From Bigelowiella natans CCMP2755 (Eukaryota; Protista; Cercozoa): a DNA stretch of 64,000 bases. Below the pieces are notes generated by a model that saw nothing but the letters and a program-made list of their open reading frames with translations, ran no database searches and was not told the DNA's origin. The stretch covers positions 62,001-126,000 of the forward strand of contig ADNK01000136.1 of NCBI GenBank assembly GCA_000320545.1. The letters run 5' to 3'. The first letter of the stretch is position 1. The number at the start of each line of letters is the position of its first letter. Below, piece after piece: positions 14,325 to 26,132 of the stretch. The position numbers were made by a program, and so were the translations under genes.

Positions 14325-16003
14325 ATGGGTCAATTATATCTACGACTACAATCTCTCTAACTACAACAGCGCAACCTGCAATGCCTTCTTGTCAGTGGAG
14401 AGTCACATTCATGTTGTATTCATGATGACATATGCAAGGCATGCAGATTATTACGAACATAATTGCAGACCTTCTTTTTCATTTATTGAGCACTTACAAA
14501 TGTGTGGAATTTGCGCACGAACACGTAACTTCGTCGTGCTGTAACACTCACACACACACACACATACACACACACACACTCAAACACACACACAAATACA
14601 CAAATACACGTGCACGTACCTGTTCTAGACACAGGTGATGTAGTTATGTCATTGATCCATCTCCACCTCATGACTGATAGAATAATTGTTTCCGTAGATC
14701 ACGATCGTGATTCGCGCGGTGATGCGCGAGGAGAGAAGCGACGGTATCGCGATGATGAGCCATCATCAAAACATGGAGAGAAAGATGACTATGAAGATAG
14801 AAGAGGAAGACGACGTCGAGCTAGCAGGAGCCGTGATGGTAATAGTGATGCTGATGATGGGTCCAGGCGGTCTTCTCAAAATGTACGAAGGCGACGTTAC
14901 GATGAAGATGGCCATAAAAATCGAGATGAAAGAAGAAACGGAAGGAAGGAACATAGGGAGGAAAGGAATGATGACGATGATGATTTACGAAGTAAGAGGA
15001 AAAATTCAATAGATAGGCCACAACATGCGGAAAGGGAGCGCGCGAAAACTAGAAAGGAGTCCGGCATCGAAGACGATACAGGTTTGAAAGAATATCACAA
15101 AGGGAAAGCGTCGAAGGAAGACTGGTAAATTTGTTTCCTTACTCACATAATCTGTCTTGTCATGAGAAATATTTTTCTACTTTGACATGATGATAATGCA
15201 GGGGTTTAGACGACAAAAAGGACAAAGACGGGGACCAAAAGGAGAAGGCAAAACCTGATTATGGAAAATCTGGGAAACTTGAGAAAGCAAATAAGGTGTT
15301 GTACCAACTATATAAAGTTTTTATTCGAGGAGAGTATTTTTTGCGGGCTTTCTTCGGCGTCCATGAAATCATGAGTTGGCAAATCAAATTATTAGCATTT
15401 GATTTACATTGGATATGATTGTGAGATCCTGCACACACCACATTAGACAAAACAATTTCGTATTCTTCTGATTCGGTGCACATGCCGCTGCTTTCTAACC
15501 TGGCAGGCCAGGAAAAACGGGATCCCGTTGAAGCATTCAGAACCTCCTAATGCATCGATACCAAACAAGCATTGGAGAATTTATGTTTTCAAAGATGAGG
15601 AAAATATAGCAACACTTCATATACATCGTCAAAGTTGCTTCATAATTGGGCGTGAACGAAGAGTAATGCAAAATCACACCAAATTGATATGTACATACTA
15701 AAATCATCTAAAGGTTGCTCAGCTATAATATCACTTCTACTCTGTACAATCAAGGTTGCAGATATCAAGACTGATCACCTAACATGCTCCAAACAACACG
15801 CCGTGATACAATTCAAGGTTATGGTCATCTTCATGCGGTGTACTCCTCTCAGTCACCTCAATTTGCTTTTAATATACTTCGCAGATTAAAGCTAAAACAG
15901 ACGAATTGGGAAACAACGTTGCGGAAGTCCGGTGAGGCAGGATAATCTCGAATCTTGATTAGTTTAGCGGTCATAAAATGCTCTATCCCTCCGCCCCCCC
16001 CCG

Positions 16004-16051
<48 letters not shown>

Positions 16052-16262
16052 ATCAGACCGTACATTCTTGACCTCGACAGTGCCAATGGAACCTTCCTAA
16101 ACAAGAAGCGTGTTGAATCTAGAAGGTATTCGAGAATATATCCGAATATTCAACCCCAGTTAACGTACTTTTCAATGCAGGTACTATGAGCTACTCGACA
16201 AAGATGTATTGAATTTCGGTAGCAGCTCCAGAGATTATGTGCTTATGGTTGTGGAAGATTGA
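14325..16262 (+). CDS. SNIP1: SNIP1/DDL/Pml1-type FHA-domain splicing factor (RES complex)
   Basis: Arg/Asp-rich N-terminal exon (14698-15124), KPDYGKSGKL, then spliced FHA region LKHSEPPNASIPNKHWRIYVFK..LHIHRQSCFIIGRERR|VADIKTDHLTCSKQHAVIQFK|..PYILDLDSANGTFLN..RYYELLDKDVLNFGSSSRDYVLM; TGA at 16260-16262. Start codon and first micro-exon are uncertain. Confidence 0.9.
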
Positions 16263-16903
16263 TCGAGTAGTGATGTCACATATATGAGTTATAGCAATAT
16301 AGATCGATGAGAATGCGGCGCGTATATCTGTGAACTGCATGTATCTAAGTCAATAGTTGGATGCACGACTCCAATAATATGTGCGGTATTTATCTTTTTA
16401 GGCATGTTTGAATGTAGTCACATTTGCACACATGCGTGCTTCATTCGCTCCACAAGCATAGCAGCTTGATGAACACAACAAAATATGTGAGTGCGCATAT
16501 AGTCAGCGCTTTTTGCTAGTTTGCGACGCTTTAAGCTTACCTCGCGTGATGGCACATGCAACAGAAATGACAAGACAATGCTATGCATGCACGCATGTGC
16601 TCGTGAATGCATGCGACTGCGCGCCAGATGGACGGATCACATCACAGGGTGTTTCTGTCCTCACACCTAGACACACTTCTAGACTTGCTAGCTTGGAGAG
16701 AGGCTTGCATCGCATCATCTAGGTCATTGCATGGTATAGTGATTCGCGCACGCAGCAGACCTGTGTGCCATGCGCCCCACTAGCCCACAGAGGCACGACC
16801 ATGGACACAGCATCGGACCGCTGATCGACCGCACGACATCGACGACAGACACAGGATGCGCAGGTGTTTTCAAATGCATCAAACTGTGGAACACTCACTG
16901 GAC

Positions 16904-17013
16904 GAGACAAGTGGGCACAACCCAAGCTAGCAAGCGCTGCAGCCGCTGCTTTGCATGCACAGCCACATCAGGATGACTGTTGAAAAGGTTTGATCACTTC
17001 ATCACATCCGTCT
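16904..17013 (-). repeat. Dispersed ~100 bp repeat family, copy B (heavily mutated)
   Basis: Reverse complement aligns to 25603-25707 (agacggatgt..ttttcaa..gtcatcct.atg..gcaaagcagcggct.cagcgcttgc). Confidence 0.85.
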
Positions 17014-17017
17014 CTGT

Positions 17018-17687
17018 TTCATTTCCCCACTCGTCCAGTGCTCTTCGCGGCAGCAAATGAAATTGCGAAAGTTGCCCACAGATTGTGACCTGCTGCTGAA
17101 CTGGCTAGCTGGTGATGTACCGAATTGCCACAATGACTAGATGACGTGGTGAAAATCACAGGCACAGGCACGTGGCGTGCAATCTTTTAGTCCTAGCCTG
17201 GCCCAGAAGCTGGTTGTGTTCCGTTGCGCATCCAAACTTGACAACAAGTTTTTCTGTGAGTTTTTCTTTGCACGTGTCTACGTCAGACGACATTGCACAC
17301 TAGCACACAAAAATCCTAGAACCTTTGGTTTTTCAAAAAACCCAAATTCCTCTTCTGTCTGTGAGTCACTCATTGCCTGACATGTGCTTTTCCTCTTTTT
17401 GATTTGAAAACTCTCGTTTGTCACTTTGAACGAGAGTGAACTTGCAGTGTTTTCAGCGATGCTTTGGCTGAAGAGTTCCACCCTGCTGTGGACTTTTGCA
17501 TTGCCACGTCATTTTTTGACAAGTGCAGTTGTTGCAACAAAAGACACGGGATGTGCATGCCTGTGATTTTCACCATGTCATTCTAGCAATTCAGTTCAGC
17601 AGTAGGTCGCCAGTGCTAGAGTGGGCAGGTTTTCACGTTGCGCATTTTCGCAAATTTTGCCACCACGATGCACAGTGGGGAAATGAA
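17018..17687. mobile_element. Degenerate MITE-like/non-autonomous TIR element with ~130-150 bp imperfect inverted arms
   Basis: 17018-17165 (ttcatttccccact..ttgcgaaa..tgcccac..gacctgctgctgaactg..gaattgc..atgacgtggtgaaaatcacaggca) is mirrored by the reverse complement of 17557-17687. No intact ORF inside; no TSD recognisable. Confidence 0.65.
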
Positions 17688-17831
17688 GTGTGGGTGTGGC
17701 ACGTGGGTCTGCTGCAACATGCTCTAGCAATTGTGGTCTCGGATCCGAGGGTGCGATGCTACCGCTGGTGCACTTAGCGCAGCTTGAATGGAGTGCTCAT
17801 CACATGCACAATCATCAATGGCGTGTAGTCA

Positions 17832-19139
17832 TCAAATTTGAATGCCATTTCCAAAAACATCATTCCATTGGACCGGCAGGTCTGCTTCGACTAGAATTTG
17901 TCCTTCACAGTCCGTGGCCTACATCCAGCACAGCATCGCACACTACATCAATCCAATCACATCGTCGAACCGTAACAAATGCGTTGCGGAACAAACCTTC
18001 TTCATGAATGCATTGGGCACTGGATGTGGAAGGTCAAGCCTGGATGCATGGAGTGCAATACTTCGCACGACTCTCGAAGAGGTTGATGAATTCGAATGGA
18101 ACAAGCTTTCTCTGGGCCATATGTTGTGCCTTCCTCCATATCTGATTTAATTAATTACGCAAAACAGTGAACAACTTGGAGCTCCCTGCTTCTGTTAACA
18201 ATCTTGACATTTTAGTAGCCAACATCACTTTATATCTCCAACGATGGGGAAACCATATTCGGAAAGCTGGATCCTAATTTGATGCTTTCGACCGGTCTCT
18301 GGCGTCACGCGCACTAAACTAAATTGTCCACCTTCAGAGTGGAAAGTGCGGATTGACTCAAATTGCAAACTCGCAAATTTAGAATTATTTCCAGTTAATC
18401 CCTCCCCAAGCCCATCATTTTCGGCATTCTGCAGATAGACTCTTTTTGCATCTCTTTTGGTTACGCAGCCCTGCAGAGCCCCACTATTTTATTAAAAAAT
18501 CAGGTATCAGATGGCGGTGAGAAAAGAGGAATAGAACCAACTGAGTTCACCTGCCAGTAAGTATGCCCCGAACAATCGCGAGATATTGTTTTTTGACCAA
18601 TCTAGATGGTATGTTCCAAAATAGTTTATATGTCTTCCTGCGTAGTTCTTGTAAACACACCTTTCCCGAAAGGACTTTGAGATACGGGAAGCTGCTTTAC
18701 TAGTTCTTCAAAAAGTAGAGTCAGTTAGTTAGAGAGTTTGAATAAAATAATGAAAGTAACCTCGCTAGGATCATAACTCCACTCGTAGGCCTATCCAGAC
18801 GGTGGACGAGGCTTAAATACCTTATCAATTTTCAATCAACGATCGCCGATCGGGATTATCGAAGTAATTATGTCTAAACTTACGCATTTCCAGGCTTCTG
18901 GAATCGATCTTTAAGGTATTTTTTGGCGGTAGAGAGCACATCAGGATCTCTTGAAGAATCAGGACAACACGGCATGCCCGCGGGCTGTTCCAACAAAATA
19001 CGCGATCTGCGCTCAGAATCAAGGTATGGTAACACATAAAACGTCCGTAGAACAATACCTTGTTTACAGCTAATACATGATTGTCAAGGTAAAGTACATG
19101 AGGACGCGCTGAGAATCTCCTCACAAGCTTCGAAACCAT
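17832..19139 (-). CDS. RluA/RluD-family RNA pseudouridine synthase, possibly organelle-targeted
   Basis: Spliced motifs VLYLDNHVLAVNK|PAGMPCCPD, KKYLKDRFQKPGNA|YLSLVHRLDRPTSGVMILAR (catalytic HRLD), [61 protein letters not shown]; TGA at 17832-17834. N-terminus MVSKLVRRFSARP resembles a mitochondrial presequence; an alternative ATG lies at 19214. Confidence 0.9.
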
Positions 19140-19457
19140 GCAGAGGGTAAAGATCCTCTCTCGGCCCGAGGGGAGGAGGAGAACGATGTGCAGTTTAGAA
19201 TGTACATATTCCATAGGATATTAGCATTGCGACATGATATTTCCAATCAAACTGCCAAACAAGCCTTCACCTCGAAGGTTTTACCCCTGCGACAACCTTC
19301 TTTTCACCGGCTCGAAAAGGTCGTACCCCACCTCCACGTAAGAAGAAGCAGAAGTTTGTTGTGAGCTTCGCCGCACAGGGAAAAGGAAGAAGAGAAGTAA
19401 GAGGGCTCCAAAACTTTCGACACCACCCAGAAATTCCTCTGGCTTCTCCTTCAGATA

Positions 19458-22233
19458 ATGCCGACAAATGAGGAGAAAGACAGGGCGGTGTCGTCGTCGT
19501 CGTCGTCGTCTGTTGCTACCACCGCCACCTCCACTGTCAACGAAGGATTTCAAAATCATCACAATCCTCGGATAGCCGCAGCACCACTTGCCACCAAGCA
19601 ATCTGATCATGGTGTCTCCGGTGCAGCCTACATGGCTAAGTAAGTGTATCTGATTTGGAACTTTAAGAGTGACTCACTTAACCATCTGCTCGTGCTCCTC
19701 CTCCTCTCCCTCTCCTCCCCCTATCCTCCCCGTCCCCTTGCCTTTCTCTCTTTACAGATACGTAGGAGACTGGCAACGTATTGGCGGATTCAACGGTAGA
19801 AATATTGGGGAAGCGGTGGCAGCTGAGACCAGGCTTAGGAATTTGAAAAGGTACTGATTGAACAAGCAAATAATTATCCCGCAATCCGAAAGAGACTGAT
19901 CAAATTAAACAACAAATTGTAGGAGGGCAACGAATGCGATGCTATCTTGGAAGGAGCTGGAAGCTCATAGCAAGGTTCTCAAACTCTATAACCTACAATG
20001 TGAGTTTTTTGACGTTGTATCGTTTAAAGGCCTGGTCGTCGATACAAACATCAATTGAGTCACTGACAAGAAAGGTACTTTTAATATTGTAGTGCTAGGA
20101 GTAATGATAGCACCAGTGTTCATAGTAGTAGAAGCAGTAAGTAGTAGTAGTGTAGTAGTAGTATACTAGTCGTAGTATCAATAGTAGTAGTCGCTGTGGC
20201 ATGATTTCCAGTGACGGCAATAGAAGTTTTAGCATAAGAGAAGAGCTGGAAATAGCAGCATAAGAGTAGTCTGTGGTAACCAACATTTGTGAAAAAATGG
20301 AGGGGATTCAAGATAGACGATGCATCAGCACATCGCAGTTCATTTGAAATTACGAATGCATGCTTACTGACTGCACCCGCCTTCAACAAAAAGGAGTAGC
20401 AGTAGCGGTAGTAGCAGTAGCAGTGGCAGCGTTGAGCTGTTCAATGTTTATATCATGTATTATTATTCTCCCAAGACGAACGTAGCATATGCGGCCACCT
20501 AGATATTTTCACACGCGTACCATAGGCACAACATATACAACTCAGGTTGGTCAGATATGCCAGAAAGTCAACCGATTGGATATTGTATTGGAAAGCTTGC
20601 AAAAATCAAGAGAGGTATGAATGTATGTATGTATGTATGCACGCCCACTGTGATGTTGTCTGTGGAATATTTTCTGTCAAATATATGTAAATATTAAGGA
20701 ACGATAGTGCTTATACACTACTACTCACAGTCTTTGAATTGTACTCGGTTGCAACTTGTTCTCTCAGGTAAGAATAGTCGAAAGTTGGGATAAACAGAAA
20801 AATAACATTCTACGAGACTACAAGGTAGGTAGTAGTAGTAGTACTACTACTACTATGATGATGAGGATGGCGAGGAGGAAGAAGAAGAAGAGTGTATCTC
20901 AAGTACATGATGTATGGCGTCAGTTGAAGCATGCACGCAACGAATTGATGAGTGTTTTTTGTGGTGATATGTAAGGCACGTTCGGCAGCTCGCGTTGGAA
21001 TGATTTTGAAAGAGAAGAAAGAGAAGAATCTTCGACTCTGGCAGTCACACTTTGATGAGTAATGTTACACTGCTAACCCTGTACATTGATCGTGTTTATT
21101 TCGAGGTGATGATGACTCACGCCATGTCTTCATCGCTATGATCATCTATGATCATCATCATCATCATCGTCCTTATTCAGAGCATTCCAGAGATATCAAG
21201 CAGGGGGTCCAGCTCCTGAAGGCTTCCGATATGAGGTGAGATCAATCATCATACAATACTTTACGTAATCATCGCTATTATTACATTATCCTCACCATCG
21301 TCATAGACTTCATCGTCTCCTCACCACCACCATTCTCCTCCTCCTCCTCCTCCTCCTCCTCCTCCTCCTCCTCCTCCTCTCTGTATAGGTAGCATTGCTG
21401 CAAGGAGGAGCACCTACAGGGAAATGGCTACCATGTCGCTTGGACTTCAAGCATGCCAATGGGACGTTCGATCTTACAGGTGTGCTGTGCTGTGCTGTGC
21501 TGCGGGGGGCTTGGAACGGAGGAGGGGGTTGAAAGAGAAAGGGGAAATAAAGAGAGGTCGATGGAGAAGGAGGAGGAGGAGGAAGAGGATTCTTGTGATG
21601 GCCAACGCAATATTCGTCACAAGAAGATTAAATACATCGAATAAAATTTAAACCAAGAAAATTTTTTAATTATCATGTGAAAACCATCCTGATTGTATGG
21701 TGATTATGTGTATTCTAGTAATATTCTCTTGCTATTTGAAAATGATGATGATGATAATGATTATGGTTATGATAATTTGCAACGATCTGCTACCTATTTG
21801 TAGTTGCAGGAGGGTCAGCAGCATATAAAGTCCAGCCTAGGTGGATACGCAAGGGTAATGAATGGCAATGCTGTCTGCCCTTTTATAGTTCTTCTCTACT
21901 ACTAAATCGAAAGACCGCCAAAGCAGCTAGAAGTGCTACTACTATGAAATAAAACGTGTTATAGAATTAGGTGGACACAACATCCTGAAGTAGTTGTACT
22001 GCCATCATTGTTATCATTATTATTTATACGAGCAATTTACAATATAATAATACTATAGGACGCAATTTCCAGAACAACCGCAGAGAAATGATGGAGGTCA
22101 AGACGTGATGCTCGAAAGAGCTTCTGAACATTCATTCATCATTTTGTTTCATCGATGGAGTTGAATGTGGTTGTTGCTGCTGCTGTTTCTGACGCTACCT
22201 CCTTCATCTATTGCTTATCCTTCTTAAACCATT

Positions 22234-22264
<31 letters not shown>

Positions 22265-22384
22265 GTCGCATCATCAGAATTCTATCTCAAGTTTTAAACC
22301 GCGAGGTAATGAACGACGTATCATATGTAGATAAAACATCGATCGTTTGACTGGAAATGTCTTCGCACTTTTTGTGAAACAGCG

Positions 22385-22415
<31 letters not shown>

Positions 22416-22621
22416 GCTATTATTAACTTCTGTTGTATTTCTTTGAAAGGCTTAGCTTCTCAGGAACTTGACAAATTCTACGAGGACATAAGTGATGACG
22501 AGGTAGCGATGGAAGTAGAGAAAAGAAGAAGGAGTACAAGAAGAAGAAGAAGAAGAAGAAGAAGAAGAGCTTTGTTTGTTTTGTCTGGTTTCAGGCTAGT
22601 GTTCCCTCATATATAAATTTG

Positions 22622-22666
<45 letters not shown>

Positions 22667-23408
22667 TATGCATATGTGGTAATACAACACGAATATTGAA
22701 GAGAGATATTTATTATTTCTTATCATTCTTTCAGCATCTGCAGCAGCATGATCTTCATAAACATCATCCTCACGGCCATTCTTCACCACTCATCAGTGCC
22801 ATCATCATCATCATCATCACCACCACCACCACCATCATATTCTCTGATTACACCATTACTACTTGTTTAATGTTACTGTGTTGCTTCTGCTGTTTCTTCT
22901 GCAGGATCCAAACGAAGACATGAAGTGTCCAAAGCTACATGACCTTAAGCAGGTGTAACAAACATCAATTAGAAGGAGTAGGAGGAGAGTAGAAGAAGGT
23001 CAAACAAAAGATTTTAATGATGCTGCTATATCATCGTTCAATCAATCATCATCACCAATAAATTAGTCATCATATCTGATGACGAATCTTGTTACTGTAG
23101 ACTATTTTTGGCCGTTGCTGCTTTCTTCAGTGCTGCTTGTTTTTGTCTGATTGTTGATGATCACCTTTCAGTCTGATCCTGGGGATTTCGTGTGCGACGT
23201 GTGCCTGAGGGACTTTAGAAACCAAATCGCTTACAGTTGTCGAAAAGACGATTTTGACGTGTGCAACCCTTGCTATCAAGGTGCACGCGTGAATAATAAA
23301 ATAGTAATTATTATTATCATATTAATACTGCTGGTGATAGAGTATAATGTCTGGGGATTGATTGTTGTTGTGAGTTGTGGTAGAAGAAGCAGCAGCAATA
23401 GCAGTGAA

Positions 23409-23439
<31 letters not shown>

Positions 23440-25016
23440 CGTAGCAGTAGGAGTAGTAAGCTGCTGCAATGGTGTATCCTTTTGAGCAACTGACGGTGAA
23501 ACACATGACGCACACCGAGGAGTATTTTGTTTCATTTCATCCCATATTATACCATCTTTCGCTGGAAATCATTTGGTTGTTTATGGGATTGCTTGATTGC
23601 GTCTCGTCATCACGACGATTGTGACATCATCATCAATCGTGGTTCGTCGTCAATCAAACGAACGTGCCCTGGAACCATAAAAGGGTTTTACCTTCAAAAT
23701 CAAGATTGTATGAAATTAAAGGAGAAAAGTAACGTGAGAGTGATATCAGAGACAAAAGGTGTTTGATAATACATAAGTTCCGATATGATAAACAGTAAGC
23801 AGAAGAAACGATTCACCATAGTTTACTCCTCTCACTCCTTTTCTCCCCCTCCCTATAGAATTCAATGCGAAGCAGGAAAGCAAGGACAAGCAAATTAGAG
23901 GAGAAGGAGAAGGAAGTGGAGGAGGAGGAGGAGGAGGAGAAGGGGCAGATAAGAATACTACTAATGAGGAGGGAATAGTCGTCGGAAAGAAGCAGCAGCA
24001 GCAGGAAGAAAAAGATCCAGCATTATCATTATCATCCAACTCTCCATCTATCCAAAGAGAGGAAAATGAGACCAAAAATGATCAACAGCATGATGAAACT
24101 ACAGCTAATCAAGACACACCTGGAAGTAGTGCGGTAGGAATCGATGTTGATGCCAAGGCGGCTGCTTCTTCTTCGGCTGCTACTCCCCAGCACAAGGAGG
24201 AGGAGGAGGAGGAGGAGGAGGAGGAGGGCAAAGGAAAAAAAAATAGAAATGAGGAAAGGAGGCAAACAGAATCTCCCAACATAGCTGTAGATAGGAATGA
24301 CGAAGAGAAGAGAGATGTTAATAGTGAGGCAAAGGATAATCAAGAACAACTTAAAGACGAAGCAGTAGTAGTAGCAGCAGAGGATCAGAATAGAAACAAA
24401 AATGCAATGACCACGACGGGAAGGAACACAACAAAAGCGTCATCAGCACGTATTGATGAAGATAATTTGATCCCCACTGGCAGCATCAAAGCATCATTGA
24501 AACCTGTCTCACCTCCTAAAATTTCCAAGAAAAAAGGGAGGAAATCAAAATCAAAACGTACGACAGCAAAATCTCAGGCATCGAAGATAATCCCCTCCTC
24601 CACACATGGGGTATTATTTAAGTCATGGTGAAATTTTGGTCAAAGAAATCGATGCTGATGGAGAGCAAAACGATACAGAATACATTTACAAAGAAATAGA
24701 CACCCATTCTGTGTAGTTATGGACTTTGCTCTTGCTCATTGCAGATACCAATGAAATATTTATAAATAGGAAATCCAAAGTCCAAGGCAGAAAGAAAGGA
24801 AAAAGGTTGCAGAATTGGAGCGTAAAAAGCGAGAGTCTGAGGCCGAAGTGGTACATAATATCAAAACCAAAAAAATGTAAAACGTCGTCTCATTCTGGGC
24901 TGTCACTGACTTTTAAGGTAACTGTTGATATGATCGATGATGCATTGAACCTGTTGGACATGGATATGGGAGATGATGATTCCGACGACGCTTCGGTGCA
25001 AGAGAAGAGTCCCTAG
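19458..25016 (+). CDS. Multi-exon hypothetical protein with coiled-coil N-terminal half, ZZ-like zinc finger and long low-complexity C-terminal region
   Basis: Chain of short GT-AG-bounded exons (YVGDWQRIGGFNGRNIGEAV, VRIVESWDKQKNNILRDYK, CPKLHDLKQ|SDPGDFVCDVCLRDFRNQIAYSCRKDDFDVCNPCYQ), an open ~770 nt exon 23859-24628 and a last exon VTVDMIDDALNLLDMDM..SP*. Internal exon boundaries only partly resolved. Confidence 0.65.
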
Positions 25017-25602
25017 AGAACGAGAAATAAAGAATATGAGGAAGAAACAGTGCCACAGCTTGCAGCTTGTACTGTCTTTGAAATTCAAATGAAATGTCAT
25101 GAAGACATTGTCAGCGAAGCGTAACAAACAGTAAGCGTTCTGCTTTGAAGGAAACTTAGAACCGATAGCGGCTGTGCTGCTGTTAACTACGATAGCAAAT
25201 ATTTTGAAATGTGTGTTATTTACATTACATGGTGGATATGGCAAGCTCTAGAGCTACTCGGCACTAACCCATCTAGCCATACTAGCATATATTGCAAGCG
25301 GTCTGCCACGCTTGTCACGGGTGAGAGAACCTGACTAGCTGAGTTATTGTGCGCCAGTCGCACTGCGCATGCCTATATACGGTGGTTCATACATGCTTGC
25401 TCGCACTCGCTGACGGTGCACATCGTGATATCAATTACTAGCTTAGCTTATTAGGGCATGATAATCATCATGCTAGCATGCCGGTACTTGCAACACGAGA
25501 CAAGTTGCAGCGCAGTCTACGTACATACAAGTACTAATGATTAGCGCCGTAGCTGCCGCTTATGATATTACATGCTAGCATGTCTATAATGCTCATTTAA
25601 AA

Positions 25603-25707
25603 AGACGGATGTAATAAAATCTTTAAATTTTTTCAATTGTCATCCTAATGATGTAGCTATGCAAAGCAGCGGCTACAGCGCTTGCTTAAGTTGTATCGAT
25701 TTGTTTC
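25603..25707 (+). repeat. Dispersed ~100 bp repeat family, copy A (least mutated)
   Basis: agacggatgtaataaaatctttaaattttttcaattgtcatcctaatgatgtagctatgcaaagcagcggctacagcgcttgc; related copies at 16904-17013(-), 33973-34036 and 34256-34320. Confidence 0.85.
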
Positions 25708-26132
25708 CATTGTCACATGTTGCATGCATGCACGAGAAAGCATTGCAATTTGCACGGTCATGCATGTCTTATATATGTACAGCTACTTCATAGCTAGATA
25801 GCTAGGACGACTAGTATAAAATATAGTCATTTGCTGACATCCGTCATATCTGTGTGTTTTGTTTATTTTGTATTAGCTGCATAGCTAGGCTAGTAGGACT
25901 AGCTAGCTAGCGTCATAGCAAACATTATGCATATAATAACACACGCTGCACGTACACAGCTAACATGTAGTGCTTGCGATGTGAATGCAGTATGCAGCTT
26001 GCGCGCTGCCTGTATCTGGCGCGCTGCGATGCTGGCTCTACAACCACGAGAGCGCAACTGCGACGATGGGCTGTATAATGTGATTTTCGAATTTGAAGCT
26101 ATGCTTTATCGCGCGGATAAATGCGGCATGCG

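Larger units (their letters stand above)
16400..17800. other. Hypermutated intergenic island 1 (TpA-depleted, CTAG-sparing)
   Basis: Hand count for 16621-17760: about 21 TpA, of which about 14 are in CTAG. Confidence 0.85.

Noticed and set aside
16400-17800. CpG methylation/deamination or classical RIP as the cause of the TG/CA excess
   Set aside because: CpG remains common and is conserved between aligned copies, while TpA, the product of RIP at CpA, is the dinucleotide that is missing.
25603-25680. snRNA/snoRNA interpretation of the repeat (AATTTTTT resembles an Sm site)
   Set aside because: No recognisable boxes or conserved stems, and copies diverge by context-driven mutations and indels rather than compensatory changes.
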